Shown in pieces: positions 27,853 to 37,435 of a stretch of 64,000 bases of DNA. Both the position numbers and the translations under genes were made by a program. This stretch comes from an uncultured candidate division WWE3 bacterium. GTDB taxonomy: Bacteria > Patescibacteriota > WWE3 > UBA101185 > UBA10185. Numbering within the stretch: the first letter of the stretch is position 1; each line of letters starts with the position of its first letter. The stretch covers positions 32,505-96,504 of the forward strand of contig CAIRNR010000006.1 of NCBI GenBank assembly GCA_903879985.1. Reading direction: 5' to 3'. A model generated the notes under the pieces. That model worked only from the letters and a program-made list of their open reading frames with translations, was not told where the DNA came from and ran no database searches.

Positions 27853-28230
27853 ATGTCTATACAAATAATGGTAATTGAAGATGAAGAACTTTTATTAAAG
27901 GCTATTGTTAAAAAACTCACAATACATAACTTTGAAACTATTTCCTGTACAAGTGCAGAACAAGCATTGGACTACATGGAAAGTTTGGAAAAGAATCCAG
28001 ATGCAATTTGGCTTGATTACCACTTAAAAGGGATGAATGGCCTGGAGTTTATTGAAAAAGTTAAAGAAAATACTAAATGGGCAAATATTCCTATTGTTGT
28101 TGTAAGCAATTCTGCTGGAGATGAAACCGTAAAAACAGTATTAGCACTTGGCGCAGATAAATATTTATTAAAAGCAAAATATAAACTTGAAGACGTTATA
28201 GCCATCGTACAAGAATTAATTAAAAAGTAA
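27853..28230 (+). CDS. Single-domain response regulator
   Basis: IEDE, IWLD, MNG, VVSN, YLLK. Confidence 0.9.
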   Translation: MSIQIMVIEDEELLLKAIVKKLTIHNFETISCTSAEQALDYMESLEKNPDAIWLDYHLKGMNGLEFIEKVKENTKWANIPIVVVSNSAGDETVKTVLALGADKYLLKAKYKLEDVIAIVQELIKK

Positions 28231-28234
28231 ATCT

Positions 28235-28597
28235 ATGAAAAAAATACTAATAGCCGAAGACGACAGATTTTTACAGAATATATATAGAGTGAAACTTACC
28301 AAAGAAGGCTTTGAAGTCCGTGTAGCAGGAGATGGCCAAGAATTTTTAGAAGAATTAAAAACTTTTACTCCCGATGTAATACTTTTGGATTTAGTCATGC
28401 CTGTGGTAGACGGATTTACTGTGCTACAAACTGTAAAATCGGACCCAAAGTTTAAAAATATCCCTGTTATTGTCACTTCAAACTTGGGACAAGACGAAGA
28501 TGTTAAAAAAGCGATGAAACTTGGAGCGAAAGATTACATTATAAAAAGCGACACAGCACTATCGGGTATAATCGAAAAAATAAAAGCTGATTTGTGA
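28235..28597 (+). CDS. Single-domain response regulator
   Basis: AEDD, ILLDLVMP..DG, TSN, DYIIK. Confidence 0.92.
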   Translation: MKKILIAEDDRFLQNIYRVKLTKEGFEVRVAGDGQEFLEELKTFTPDVILLDLVMPVVDGFTVLQTVKSDPKFKNIPVIVTSNLGQDEDVKKAMKLGAKDYIIKSDTALSGIIEKIKADL

Positions 28598-28612
28598 TAA
28601 TATTTATTAATA

Positions 28613-30277
28613 ATGCCTGCCCCAATAGATCAACAACTTGTTAATTCCCTTATTGAATTAGAGCTTATTAAAAAAGAGCAACTGGATAAAGCTATCGCTG
28701 AAGCTAAAAGTAGTAACACTGATTTGGGCGTATATTTAGTTGAAAACGATTTTATCTCTGACGAAAACCTTGGCAAACTTATTGCCGATTTACTTAAATT
28801 TCCACTAATCAGGCTTGCGAATGTAAACATTCCGCCAAACATTATAAGCATTGTACCCGCAGAATTTGCCGAGAAATTTAAGATCATACCTTTTAAACGA
28901 GATCAAGGAAAACTTTTAGTTGCCACCACTAATCCAAACAACAAAGAGGTTATGGATAATCTTTCTAAGAAAAGTGGCTTGCCTGTTGAGGTTTATTACG
29001 CAACCGAACTTGATATTAAAGAAAACCTGCATTTGTTTAAAAAGAAATTGGAAACAGTTTACAAAGACTTAACCGTAAGTAATAAAGGAGCAAAGTTAGG
29101 AAAAATTCTCGACGACAACTTACCAATAGATAAAATTGTTATTACTCTTGTGGAATACGCCTATGATAATAGGGCATCAGATATTCATATAGAGCCTCGA
29201 GATCAGCATTCGGTAATCAGGTTTAGAATCGACGGCACACTTCACGACATGTTAACAATCCCAAAAACTACACATGACCAAATAATTAACAAAATAAAAG
29301 TGGATTCTAAGCTAAGAACGGATGAGCACATGAGTTCACAAGACGGAAAAATGCAGGAAAAAGTTAAGGAGGAAGAAATTGATATCAGAATTTCTATTAT
29401 GCCTGTAGTTGGGGGAGAAAACTGCGTTTTACGACTTTTAACGTCAACGTCACACCAATACGGATTGCAAGATTTAGGAATGAGCGAAAAAGATTTTAAA
29501 AAGGTCACAAATGGTTTTACAAAACCTTACGGAATGATTTTATCAACAGGACCTACTGGTTCAGGTAAAACTACATCCATGTATTCCATATTAAAAATAC
29601 TAAACACGAGGGAAGTGAATATAGCTACAATCGAAGATCCGGTTGAATATACTATCGAAGGAATTACCCAGATCCAAGTAAACAATAAAACCAACTTATC
29701 ATTTGCCGCCGGTTTACGTTCAATATTAAGACAGGACCCAAACATTATATATGTGGGAGAAATTCGAGATTCAGAAACTGCGGGAATAGCTATTAACTCC
29801 GCAATGACAGGACACTTAGTTTTATCCACACTACACACAAACGACGCCGCCACAGCTCTGCCACGACTTATTGATATGGATATAGAACCGTTTTTAATAG
29901 CTTCAACTGTTAACGTAATTGTTGCACAACGACTTGTTAGAAAAATTTGTGACTCCTGCAAGGTTTCTTACAGCATAACTCCAGCTGAAATAACGAAAAA
30001 ATATGGCTTAACCTTAAGTAAAACGACTGATACACTTTACATGGGAAAAGGATGTCCTGTTTGCAATAACACAGGATATGCCGACCGAATTGGTATTTTT
30101 GAAATTCTTGAAATCACGGACGCAATAAGAAAACTGATTACACAAAAGGCAACCGCAGACGAAATAGCACAACAAGCGGTAAAAGAGGGCATGACAACAA
30201 TGCTTAAAGACGGAATAGGTAAAGCCGTAATGGGAATTACAACGCTGGACGAAATATTAAGAGCAACTCGAGGATAA
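28613..30277 (+). CDS. pilB: Type IV pilus assembly ATPase PilB/GspE
   Basis: ASDIHIEP, GPTGSGKT, TIEDPVE, LRQDP, GHLVLSTLH, Zn Cys pairs. Confidence 0.95.
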   Translation: MPAPIDQQLVNSLIELELIKKEQLDKAIAEAKSSNTDLGVYLVENDFISDENLGKLIADLLKFPLIRLANVNIPPNIISIVPAEFAEKFKIIPFKRDQGKLLVATTNPNNKEVMDNLSKKSGLPVEVYYATELDIKENLHLFKKKLETVYKDLTVSNKGAKLGKILDDNLPIDKIVITLVEYAYDNRASDIHIEPRDQHSVIRFRIDGTLHDMLTIPKTTHDQIINKIKVDSKLRTDEHMSSQDGKMQEKVKEEEIDIRISIMPVVGGENCVLRLLTSTSHQYGLQDLGMSEKDFKKVTNGFTKPYGMILSTGPTGSGKTTSMYSILKILNTREVNIATIEDPVEYTIEGITQIQVNNKTNLSFAAGLRSILRQDPNIIYVGEIRDSETAGIAINSAMTGHLVLSTLHTNDAATALPRLIDMDIEPFLIASTVNVIVAQRLVRKICDSCKVSYSITPAEITKKYGLTLSKTTDTLYMGKGCPVCNNTGYADRIGIFEILEITDAIRKLITQKATADEIAQQAVKEGMTTMLKDGIGKAVMGITTLDEILRATRG

Positions 30278-30290
30278 TTGAGGATAATTT

Positions 30291-31334
30291 ATGAGTTTTA
30301 ATACAGACAAACTTTTATTTACAAAACATTTAGCAATCATGCTTAAGGCAGGTATTCCTATTGCCGAGGCAATTGAAACTGTATCAGATCAAAGCGCCAA
30401 TTCGGGATTCAAAAAAATATTAACCAGCATTTATAAAGATGTTTCAGAGGGACGCACATTACAAACCGCTTTGTCACGATATCCAAAAGTTTTTGATGCT
30501 ATTTACATAAACCTTGTTAGAACCGGTGAAGAATCGGGCGATCTCGACGAAAGTTTAAAATTTTTAACAGAACAACTAGAACGTGACGGAAAATTCAGGC
30601 AAAAAGTAATAGCAGCATCAATGTATCCTTCAATTGTATTAATCACAGCCTTTATTGTTAGCGCGCAAATCAGCTTATATGTACTTCCAAAACTTACCGA
30701 TTTGTTTCAATCAATGGACGTGGATCTTCCGATTACAACAAAAATATTGTTATGGTTTGCAGACTTAATGAAATACCATGGATATGAAATTTTCGGCGGG
30801 ATCTTTGCACTTGGAGTACTTTTTAGGTTAACGTTGTTAAACAAAAAAATCAGATATGCTTGGCAATCTCTCATACTCAAACTTCCAACAATTGGAAACT
30901 TTAATAGAAACATAGAAATGGCAATAATATGCAGAAATATCGGAACAATGCTACGAAGTGGTGTTCCAATAGCTAAAACTCTAGATACATTAAGCTTATC
31001 AACATCAAACTTAATTTTTAGAGACTACCTTAGAGATCTTTTAAAATCCGTTACCATGGGAACAACATTTTCTTCGGAACTGCGTAACAAAAAATATAAA
31101 TACATTCCAAAAATTGCTGTAAAGATGATTGGGGTAGGGGAGAAAACCGGAAAATTGGATGAGTCATTTATTTATCTAGGAGACTATTTTGAAGATGAGG
31201 TAGATAACCTAATGAAAAATCTTTCAACAATTTTGGAACCGGCACTTTTACTGGTAATTGGTTTTTTCGTTGCATTTTTAGCACTCGCAATTATTACACC
31301 AATTTATCAATTTACCGGTAGTATACATAACTAA
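30291..31334 (+). CDS. pilC: Type IV pilus platform protein PilC/GspF
   Basis: Two GspF repeats (GEESG.L, GEKTG.L), YP and EP motifs. Confidence 0.93.
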   Translation: MSFNTDKLLFTKHLAIMLKAGIPIAEAIETVSDQSANSGFKKILTSIYKDVSEGRTLQTALSRYPKVFDAIYINLVRTGEESGDLDESLKFLTEQLERDGKFRQKVIAASMYPSIVLITAFIVSAQISLYVLPKLTDLFQSMDVDLPITTKILLWFADLMKYHGYEIFGGIFALGVLFRLTLLNKKIRYAWQSLILKLPTIGNFNRNIEMAIICRNIGTMLRSGVPIAKTLDTLSLSTSNLIFRDYLRDLLKSVTMGTTFSSELRNKKYKYIPKIAVKMIGVGEKTGKLDESFIYLGDYFEDEVDNLMKNLSTILEPALLLVIGFFVAFLALAIITPIYQFTGSIHN

Positions 31335-31335
31335 A

Positions 31336-31761
31336 ATGAAAGGTTTTACATTATCAGAAATGTTATTGGTTGTTACCATTATCATAATTCTGAGTCTTAT
31401 TGGAACTCCACTTTTCAGCAGACTTATAATGCAAACCTCCGTAACACGTACGGCAGAACAAATAGTAGCCACGATGAGAAAAGCTCAAAGCTATGCTATG
31501 TCCGATAAACAAAATAGTAACTGGGGAGTAACTTACACTGGAGGTAATATGGTACTTTTCTCAGGCACTACGTATGCTACTAGAACCGCAGCCTTTGATG
31601 AAACAACAGCATTAAACCCAAATATAGCGATAACCGGATTCACGGAAACTGTATTTTTAAAACCCACAGGTAATGTTGCTGCACCTGTAACCATAAATTT
31701 GACCGAACCTGAAAGATCCGAAACAATTACAGTAAACACACAGGGAGTTGTAAGTCGATGA
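31336..31761 (+). CDS. Minor pilin (FimT/GspH-like)
   Basis: KG/FTLSE class III signal. Confidence 0.85.
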   Translation: MKGFTLSEMLLVVTIIIILSLIGTPLFSRLIMQTSVTRTAEQIVATMRKAQSYAMSDKQNSNWGVTYTGGNMVLFSGTTYATRTAAFDETTALNPNIAITGFTETVFLKPTGNVAAPVTINLTEPERSETITVNTQGVVSR

Positions 31762-33206
31762 CGATTGTAAAAGGTAAAAAAAATGGATTCTCAGTAATAG
31801 AAGTCATTTTAGCTGCAGGACTATTTGTAATGTTTGCCTCCGGAATAATGACGTTAACTGTGGATGGTTTGGGTATGGGCCGATTAGCAATAGAGCAATT
31901 ACAAGCAAGTGAATTTAATTCTGAGGGTAAAGAAGCTGTAAGGTCTATAAAAAATGAATCGTACGCGGCACTAACAGCAGGATCAAACTACGGCGTAGCT
32001 TCTTCAACTAATGGGTGGGTACTTAAAGCAGGTTCCGATAATTTTGACAAATATTATAGAGCCATATCAATCTCAACGGTACAAAGAGACGCTAACGGAA
32101 ATATAGTTGCATCTGGAGGTACCGTAGATGCAAACACAATGCGTGCGGATATCACGACTACATGGAATTATTCACCGACAAGAAGTAATTCTGTATCATT
32201 CAATAATTATTTTACAAACTGGGAATTGAAATTTATAGGAAATTATAGTTCGCCTTTGCAAGACGCCATTGTAAATTTAACCGGAAGCACAGGAGGATAC
32301 GATATAGCAGCAAGTGGTAACTTTGCGTACGTCACCGTGGTAGCGGCATCATCTAACTTTGCTGTAATAAATATCACAAATTCATCATCGCCTTCCATTT
32401 CATCAAGCATCAACTTACCAGGTAAACCTGCAGGAATTAATCATGCTATGACCGGAAACTATGCATATGTGGCAAATTCGGCCACAGCTAATGAACTAGA
32501 AGTAGTAAACGTGACCACACCAACTGCAGCCATTTTATCGGGAAGTTACAATGCTGCAGGTAATAATGCAGGTACCGATGTCTTTGTCCAAGGAACAAGG
32601 GCGTACCTTACAAGGGCAGGTTCAACACCATCACCTAATTTTATTGTATTAAATATAACTTCACCAACTTCACCAGCGCTAATGGGATCATTAACATTGG
32701 CCGGCAGTGCTGTGGCGTTATACGTATCAGGAAGTTATGCATTTGTGGCAAGCTCAACTGCACCGCAAGGATTACAAGTAGTTAATATAACCTCACCGTC
32801 ATCACCAACGCTGGCAGGGTCATTGAGTTTAACTGGAACAGCACCCAGTACAGCCATAGATGTTTACGGAAATACTGCTTTTGTGGGTAGAAGGGATGGG
32901 TCAATCGCGGTCATAAATATTACAGCGCCTTCGTCACCAACACTTATATCAACATACTCAACAGGGACTGTAGCTGTAACAGGAATAGACACGGATCCGA
33001 CGGGAACATATTTATTTGCGTCCACAGCAACCACAACGGCAGGAATAAAAATAATAGATATATCCACACTCACAGCACTGGTTCCTTATGGAAGTTATAC
33101 AACCACGTCGGCTAACAATAATATCTTTTATCATGCTGCAAAAGATAGGCTACTGGTAGCAAATTCCAACTCAGCACAAGAAGTAATTATTTTGAAACCG
33201 CAGTAG
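31758..33206 (+). CDS. Minor pilin with LVIVD-repeat beta-propeller (adhesin-like)
   Basis: NG/FSVIE prepilin site; repeated SG.YAYV...L.VVNI..P.SP. Confidence 0.85.
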   Translation: MTIVKGKKNGFSVIEVILAAGLFVMFASGIMTLTVDGLGMGRLAIEQLQASEFNSEGKEAVRSIKNESYAALTAGSNYGVASSTNGWVLKAGSDNFDKYYRAISISTVQRDANGNIVASGGTVDANTMRADITTTWNYSPTRSNSVSFNNYFTNWELKFIGNYSSPLQDAIVNLTGSTGGYDIAASGNFAYVTVVAASSNFAVINITNSSSPSISSSINLPGKPAGINHAMTGNYAYVANSATANELEVVNVTTPTAAILSGSYNAAGNNAGTDVFVQGTRAYLTRAGSTPSPNFIVLNITSPTSPALMGSLTLAGSAVALYVSGSYAFVASSTAPQGLQVVNITSPSSPTLAGSLSLTGTAPSTAIDVYGNTAFVGRRDGSIAVINITAPSSPTLISTYSTGTVAVTGIDTDPTGTYLFASTATTTAGIKIIDISTLTALVPYGSYTTTSANNNIFYHAAKDRLLVANSNSAQEVIILKPQ

Positions 33207-33226
33207 TGCAGTAATTTGAATATTAT

Positions 33227-33760
33227 ATGAAAAATGTTAAAAACGGAATTACATACATAGAATTGTTGTTATATATAGCGTTGATTGGTGTTTTAATTTC
33301 AGCTGTAATACCTTTTACCTTAGCCGTAATTCAAAATGGTGAAAAGAGTAATACTCAAAGAGAGGTTACAAATGCAGCATACGTTGTTACCGAAAAAATA
33401 AAAGCTCAAATACGTAACGGTAGAACAATTAACTCAGGATCATCTAACTTTGACGTAGATTTGGCGTCAAGTTCGGCAAACCAAATTTCAATCGGAGGTT
33501 CCGCACCAAACGATCCGATTTTAATTAACGTTACACCTCAAGGAATTGCTCAAATAAAGATCGGGGCAAATGCGGCGGTTGCATTAAATCCAGCGAGTAC
33601 ACATGTTTCCAGTTTGGTATTTAAAAATAATTCGCCCACAGATTTAAGATCGAAAAACCTGTCTTTTATACTAACAATGACTTCCTCTTACGCAGGAAGC
33701 AGTCCGTACTATACTTACAGTATTACAGTACGAAGTGCAGCGGAACTCCGGAGTAACTAA
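33227..33760 (+). CDS. Minor pilin (PilW/GspJ-like)
   Basis: NG/ITYIELL. Confidence 0.8.
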   Translation: MKNVKNGITYIELLLYIALIGVLISAVIPFTLAVIQNGEKSNTQREVTNAAYVVTEKIKAQIRNGRTINSGSSNFDVDLASSSANQISIGGSAPNDPILINVTPQGIAQIKIGANAAVALNPASTHVSSLVFKNNSPTDLRSKNLSFILTMTSSYAGSSPYYTYSITVRSAAELRSN

Positions 33761-34176
33761 TGAAAAATACAAAACTAATAGTACAAAAACACAAAGAAGC
33801 GCGTAAAAATGGATTTGCGGCAATGCTAACTGTTTTAATATTGTCGGCGGTTATTTTAATTATCGTGGGAACAATTTCACTATTATCAATAGGGCAGGGA
33901 CAGGCAATGCTGGCAAACACAAATGGAGCTACCGAACGGGACCAAGCTTATAGCTGCGCCGAAGAAGCGTTAGCACGCTTAAGAGTTGCTGCTGGTTATA
34001 CAGGAGGAACTATAACATTTCCTAATGGAACGTCATGTGCAGTTACAGTGACACATGTGTTAAGAGTTTATACGCTTACAGTTACTACAAACGATTCAAC
34101 CAAATACGTAACAACACTTAAGATAATAGTTACAAGAGCAAATGCAATTACAATTTCATCTTGGATAGAAATCTGA
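33760..34176 (+). CDS. Minor pilin (PilX/GspK-like)
   Basis: NG/FAAML lacking E5; A.SCAEEAL.RL; ends W.E. Confidence 0.8.
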   Translation: MKNTKLIVQKHKEARKNGFAAMLTVLILSAVILIIVGTISLLSIGQGQAMLANTNGATERDQAYSCAEEALARLRVAAGYTGGTITFPNGTSCAVTVTHVLRVYTLTVTTNDSTKYVTTLKIIVTRANAITISSWIEI

Positions 34177-34183
34177 CCTAAAA

Positions 34184-34212
34184 TTGACAATCATATATTT
34201 TAGACATAGTAT
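34184..34212 (+). promoter_or_regulatory. Promoter of pilin 1
   Basis: TTGACA-17 nt-TAGTAT. Confidence 0.7.
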
Positions 34213-34243
34213 TTATGGAGTAGATATTTAAGGAATTATTAAA

Positions 34244-34708
34244 ATGAAACTGCCTAAAAATGAGAAAGCTTTTACACTTATTGAACTTTTACTCGTAGTC
34301 GCAATTATTGCCACGTTAGCCGTAGTCGTATTTGTTGCTTTGAATCCTGCACAAAGATTAAAGGATTCCAAGGATGCCAGAAGAACTTCTGATATAGACA
34401 CAATACTGTCAGCCGTTCATGAATACATAATTGATAATAAAGGTGCATTACCAACATCTTCACCACAAGCAGAAGTCCAGCTAGGTACATCAGCGTCAGG
34501 TTGTGCAATATCAACTGGTGGTTGTTCTGCAGTAGCTGCAGCTTGCTATGATATGTCTACACTGTTAAATAAATACCTAAAATCTATGCCTATAGATCCA
34601 ACAGGAACTGCCGCAGGTACAAAGTACACAATCACAGTTGATGCAAATAACATTGTAACCGTTAAAGCTTGCGCGGCTGACACAGGTACAATTGTAGTTT
34701 CTAGATAA
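34244..34708 (+). CDS. Type IV major pilin, paralog 1
   Basis: KA/FTLIELLLVVAIIA, LNP, DARR.SD, P.DP, 4 Cys. Confidence 0.92.
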   Translation: MKLPKNEKAFTLIELLLVVAIIATLAVVVFVALNPAQRLKDSKDARRTSDIDTILSAVHEYIIDNKGALPTSSPQAEVQLGTSASGCAISTGGCSAVAAACYDMSTLLNKYLKSMPIDPTGTAAGTKYTITVDANNIVTVKACAADTGTIVVSR

Positions 34709-34734
34709 ATTTAGAAATCTAAACTCGAATACAT

Positions 34735-34769
34735 TTAAGGGTGCTGGGACAACAAACCAGCGCCCTTAA
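34735..34769 (+). terminator. Stem-loop after pilin 1
   Basis: TTAAGGGTGCTGG/CCAGCGCCCTTAA. Confidence 0.7.
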
Positions 34770-34790
34770 TTATTCTCAGAAAAAATAAAG

Positions 34791-34819
34791 TTGACACTTG
34801 TTTTATACAGATCTATCCT
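34791..34819 (+). promoter_or_regulatory. Promoter of pilin 2
   Basis: TTGACA-17 nt-TATCCT. Confidence 0.65.
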
Positions 34820-34849
34820 TAACATAGTAAAAAAATTTTTCTATTTTAG

Positions 34850-35314
34850 ATGAAACTGCCCAATAACCAAAAAGCCTTTACACTTATAGAACTTCTTTTA
34901 GTCGTGGCAGTAATTGCTACCCTTGCCGTTATAGTATTTCTTGCGTTAAACCCAGCACAAAGACTGAAAGATGCAAAAGACGCTAGAAGAACTACTGACG
35001 TTGACCAGATTTTATCAGCAATACATGAATATGTTATTGATACAAAAGGTACATTTCCTGTAAGTTCGCCACAGGCCGAGGTACAACTTGGTACTGCAAC
35101 TTCTGGGTGCGGTATTGTTACCGGAGGATGCAATGCGCTATCAACAGCATGCACCGACTTATCCGTAAAACTCGTAAAATACCTAGACGTCATGCCAATA
35201 GATCCAACCGGCACACAATATGTTACAAAATACACTGTAATAGTTGATGCTAACAATATTGTAACCGTTAGAGCCTGCGCAGCCGATAATGGAAACATAT
35301 CCGCCTCAAGATAA
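34850..35314 (+). CDS. Type IV major pilin, paralog 2
   Basis: Same length (154 aa) and motifs as paralog 1. Confidence 0.92.
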   Translation: MKLPNNQKAFTLIELLLVVAVIATLAVIVFLALNPAQRLKDAKDARRTTDVDQILSAIHEYVIDTKGTFPVSSPQAEVQLGTATSGCGIVTGGCNALSTACTDLSVKLVKYLDVMPIDPTGTQYVTKYTVIVDANNIVTVRACAADNGNISASR

Positions 35315-35349
35315 ATACAAATATTAACTCACTTCCTACTGGATTTGAA

Positions 35350-35378
35350 TTGACATCTATCCCTTTAAGCCCTAGACT
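35350..35378 (+). promoter_or_regulatory. Promoter of pilin 3
   Basis: TTGACA-17 nt-TAGACT. Confidence 0.7.
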
Positions 35379-35410
35379 TTATGCAGTAGATATTTTTTAA
35401 GGAGAAAATA

Positions 35411-35875
35411 ATGAAACTGCCCAAAAATGAAAAAGCTTTTACATTAATTGAGCTTTTGTTAGTTGTCGCAATTATTGCAACGTTAGCCGTAGTAGTTTTC
35501 GTGGCTTTAAATCCAGCACAAAGACTTAAGGATTCTAAAGACGCAAGAAGAACCTCAGACGTAGATACTATATTGTCTGCAGTTCACGAATATATAATTG
35601 ATAACAAGGGTGTGTTACCAACCACATCACCACTTAACGAAATCCAGCTCGGTACATCCGCAGTAGGTTGTGCAATAGGTACAGGAACCTGCTCAGCCAA
35701 CGGAACCGCTTGTTTAGATTTAACGTCCACTTTAAACAAATACCTAAAATCTATACCTATCGATCCAACCGGAGTAGTAGGTGCTACAAAGTACACAATG
35801 GCTGTTGATTCCAACAACATTGTAACTGTCAAAGCCTGCGCTGCAGATACGTCAACAATATCAGCGTCTAGATAA
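35411..35875 (+). CDS. Type IV major pilin, paralog 3
   Basis: Same length and motifs; SD AAGGAG. Confidence 0.92.
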   Translation: MKLPKNEKAFTLIELLLVVAIIATLAVVVFVALNPAQRLKDSKDARRTSDVDTILSAVHEYIIDNKGVLPTTSPLNEIQLGTSAVGCAIGTGTCSANGTACLDLTSTLNKYLKSIPIDPTGVVGATKYTMAVDSNNIVTVKACAADTSTISASR

Positions 35876-35890
35876 TAAAGGAGAAAAAAT

Positions 35891-36667
35891 TTGTTTAATA
35901 GTGCCCTCGTCATTTTGTATGTTAAATCCCAGTCCCTGTGCGTTTACAAACAGGGGCTGGGTTTGTTAGCGAAGCTAGAACTCACCGAAGATTTGGTAGA
36001 ACATTTAGATATCATTAATCAAGATTTATTTTCAAAAACTGTAGCAGAATTTTTAATCAAACTTAAACTTAAAGGAAAAGAGGTTGGGATATTATTGGGA
36101 GATGATTGTATTTTCAGAAAAACTTTTGCTTCTATTACGCAACAAACTCAAGTAACTCAAACCGATATAGATGCTTTTTTGGAAACAGTTCCTTTAGAAA
36201 GAACAGATATTTTAAATAACGTTATCGAGGTTAGGGGAGAGACCAATATTTTTGCCACGAGTAAGATCTTTATTAATTCAATAAAAACAGCGTTATCTGC
36301 TAACAATATTTCTATAAATTATACTGCTCCTGTATGTGTAGTTTTACCCGATCCAAACAACATCATATTTGATAAAGATCAATTTAAAGAAATAAAAAGA
36401 CAAGAAGAAATTATTCATAGGGCGAGTTTTTTAGGGGAGCAAACGCAGAAAAAGAGACCTAACCCATTTGTAGTAGGCATATTTATATGTGTAGCACTAG
36501 CAGGAATAATATATGCAAGTGAAATGTATATTATTTATGCAAACAAACACCAAGCGTTATTAAAAATAAGACCAATACTGGAGCAAGTAACAGAAACGTC
36601 ACAGTCATCTCAAACGCCACAAACTTCCGAAACCAAAGAAACAAGCCCATCCGTAGACGTTAAATAG
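35891..36667 (+). CDS. PilM/GspL-like membrane-anchored protein
   Basis: Position in pilus locus; cytoplasmic domain followed by one TM helix; SD AAAGGAG before TTG. Confidence 0.55.
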   Translation: MFNSALVILYVKSQSLCVYKQGLGLLAKLELTEDLVEHLDIINQDLFSKTVAEFLIKLKLKGKEVGILLGDDCIFRKTFASITQQTQVTQTDIDAFLETVPLERTDILNNVIEVRGETNIFATSKIFINSIKTALSANNISINYTAPVCVVLPDPNNIIFDKDQFKEIKRQEEIIHRASFLGEQTQKKRPNPFVVGIFICVALAGIIYASEMYIIYANKHQALLKIRPILEQVTETSQSSQTPQTSETKETSPSVDVK

Positions 36668-36717
36668 AAACACATATGCCATTGGCATAAATCGAGGTTT
36701 TACTTTACAATTTACGC

Positions 36718-37416
36718 ATGAACAAAAAAACTCAAGTTACATTACACTCATATTCGCTATTAATAATATTAGGTGTCGTAATTGCTTTTTCTTTCGGTGC
36801 ATGGTTCTTCATGGCTCTAAAAAGTCGCAACGAGGGGCAGTCTTCTAAAAGCAACAATAGTCCAGTGGTTGTCCAAACAGATACAAATTCTTTAACAACT
36901 AAGGACTTAACCTCAGCATCAACACCTGAATCCTCACCAACGCCACCAGCCGTTAAAACCAACGTAAGATCCGACGGAAAATTAACAACAGAAGATGGTT
37001 TTGCAATACGCTTTGACGGCACACCTTATACAAATGTTAGCGCACCAACTTCTGCAGGAACTACAAGTACTGAATATGCCGTCTCATCCGGTGGTAACGA
37101 CTACAGCGTAATAGTTTTGGTATATAACGCAATTCCACAGGCTAAAATTACAAAAACCGATTTGGATTCAATGCTAGAAAGCTCGGTGCTAGCCAACGGC
37201 TTTGAAACGGTGAAAAACTCAATTTTCTATTCAACAATGGGAGATGGCTCATTAGACTTTTTTGTATACAACAGCGCAAATAAAGACTATATGGACGGTA
37301 GAGTTGTAACCAAAAGTAGGGGATCACAATTTTATGTTTACATAGTCTCGGCTGTTTCAACAGAACAGGATCCTGTAGCCGTGACAAACTTCGTGAATTC
37401 GTTTGAGCTTCTGTAA
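36718..37416 (+). CDS. Membrane-anchored hypothetical protein (PsbP-like C-terminus?)
   Basis: N-terminal TM, S/T/P-rich linker, ends FVNSFEL. Confidence 0.7.
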   Translation: MNKKTQVTLHSYSLLIILGVVIAFSFGAWFFMALKSRNEGQSSKSNNSPVVVQTDTNSLTTKDLTSASTPESSPTPPAVKTNVRSDGKLTTEDGFAIRFDGTPYTNVSAPTSAGTTSTEYAVSSGGNDYSVIVLVYNAIPQAKITKTDLDSMLESSVLANGFETVKNSIFYSTMGDGSLDFFVYNSANKDYMDGRVVTKSRGSQFYVYIVSAVSTEQDPVAVTNFVNSFELL

Positions 37417-37435
37417 ACCAGAATAATAGAATAAT

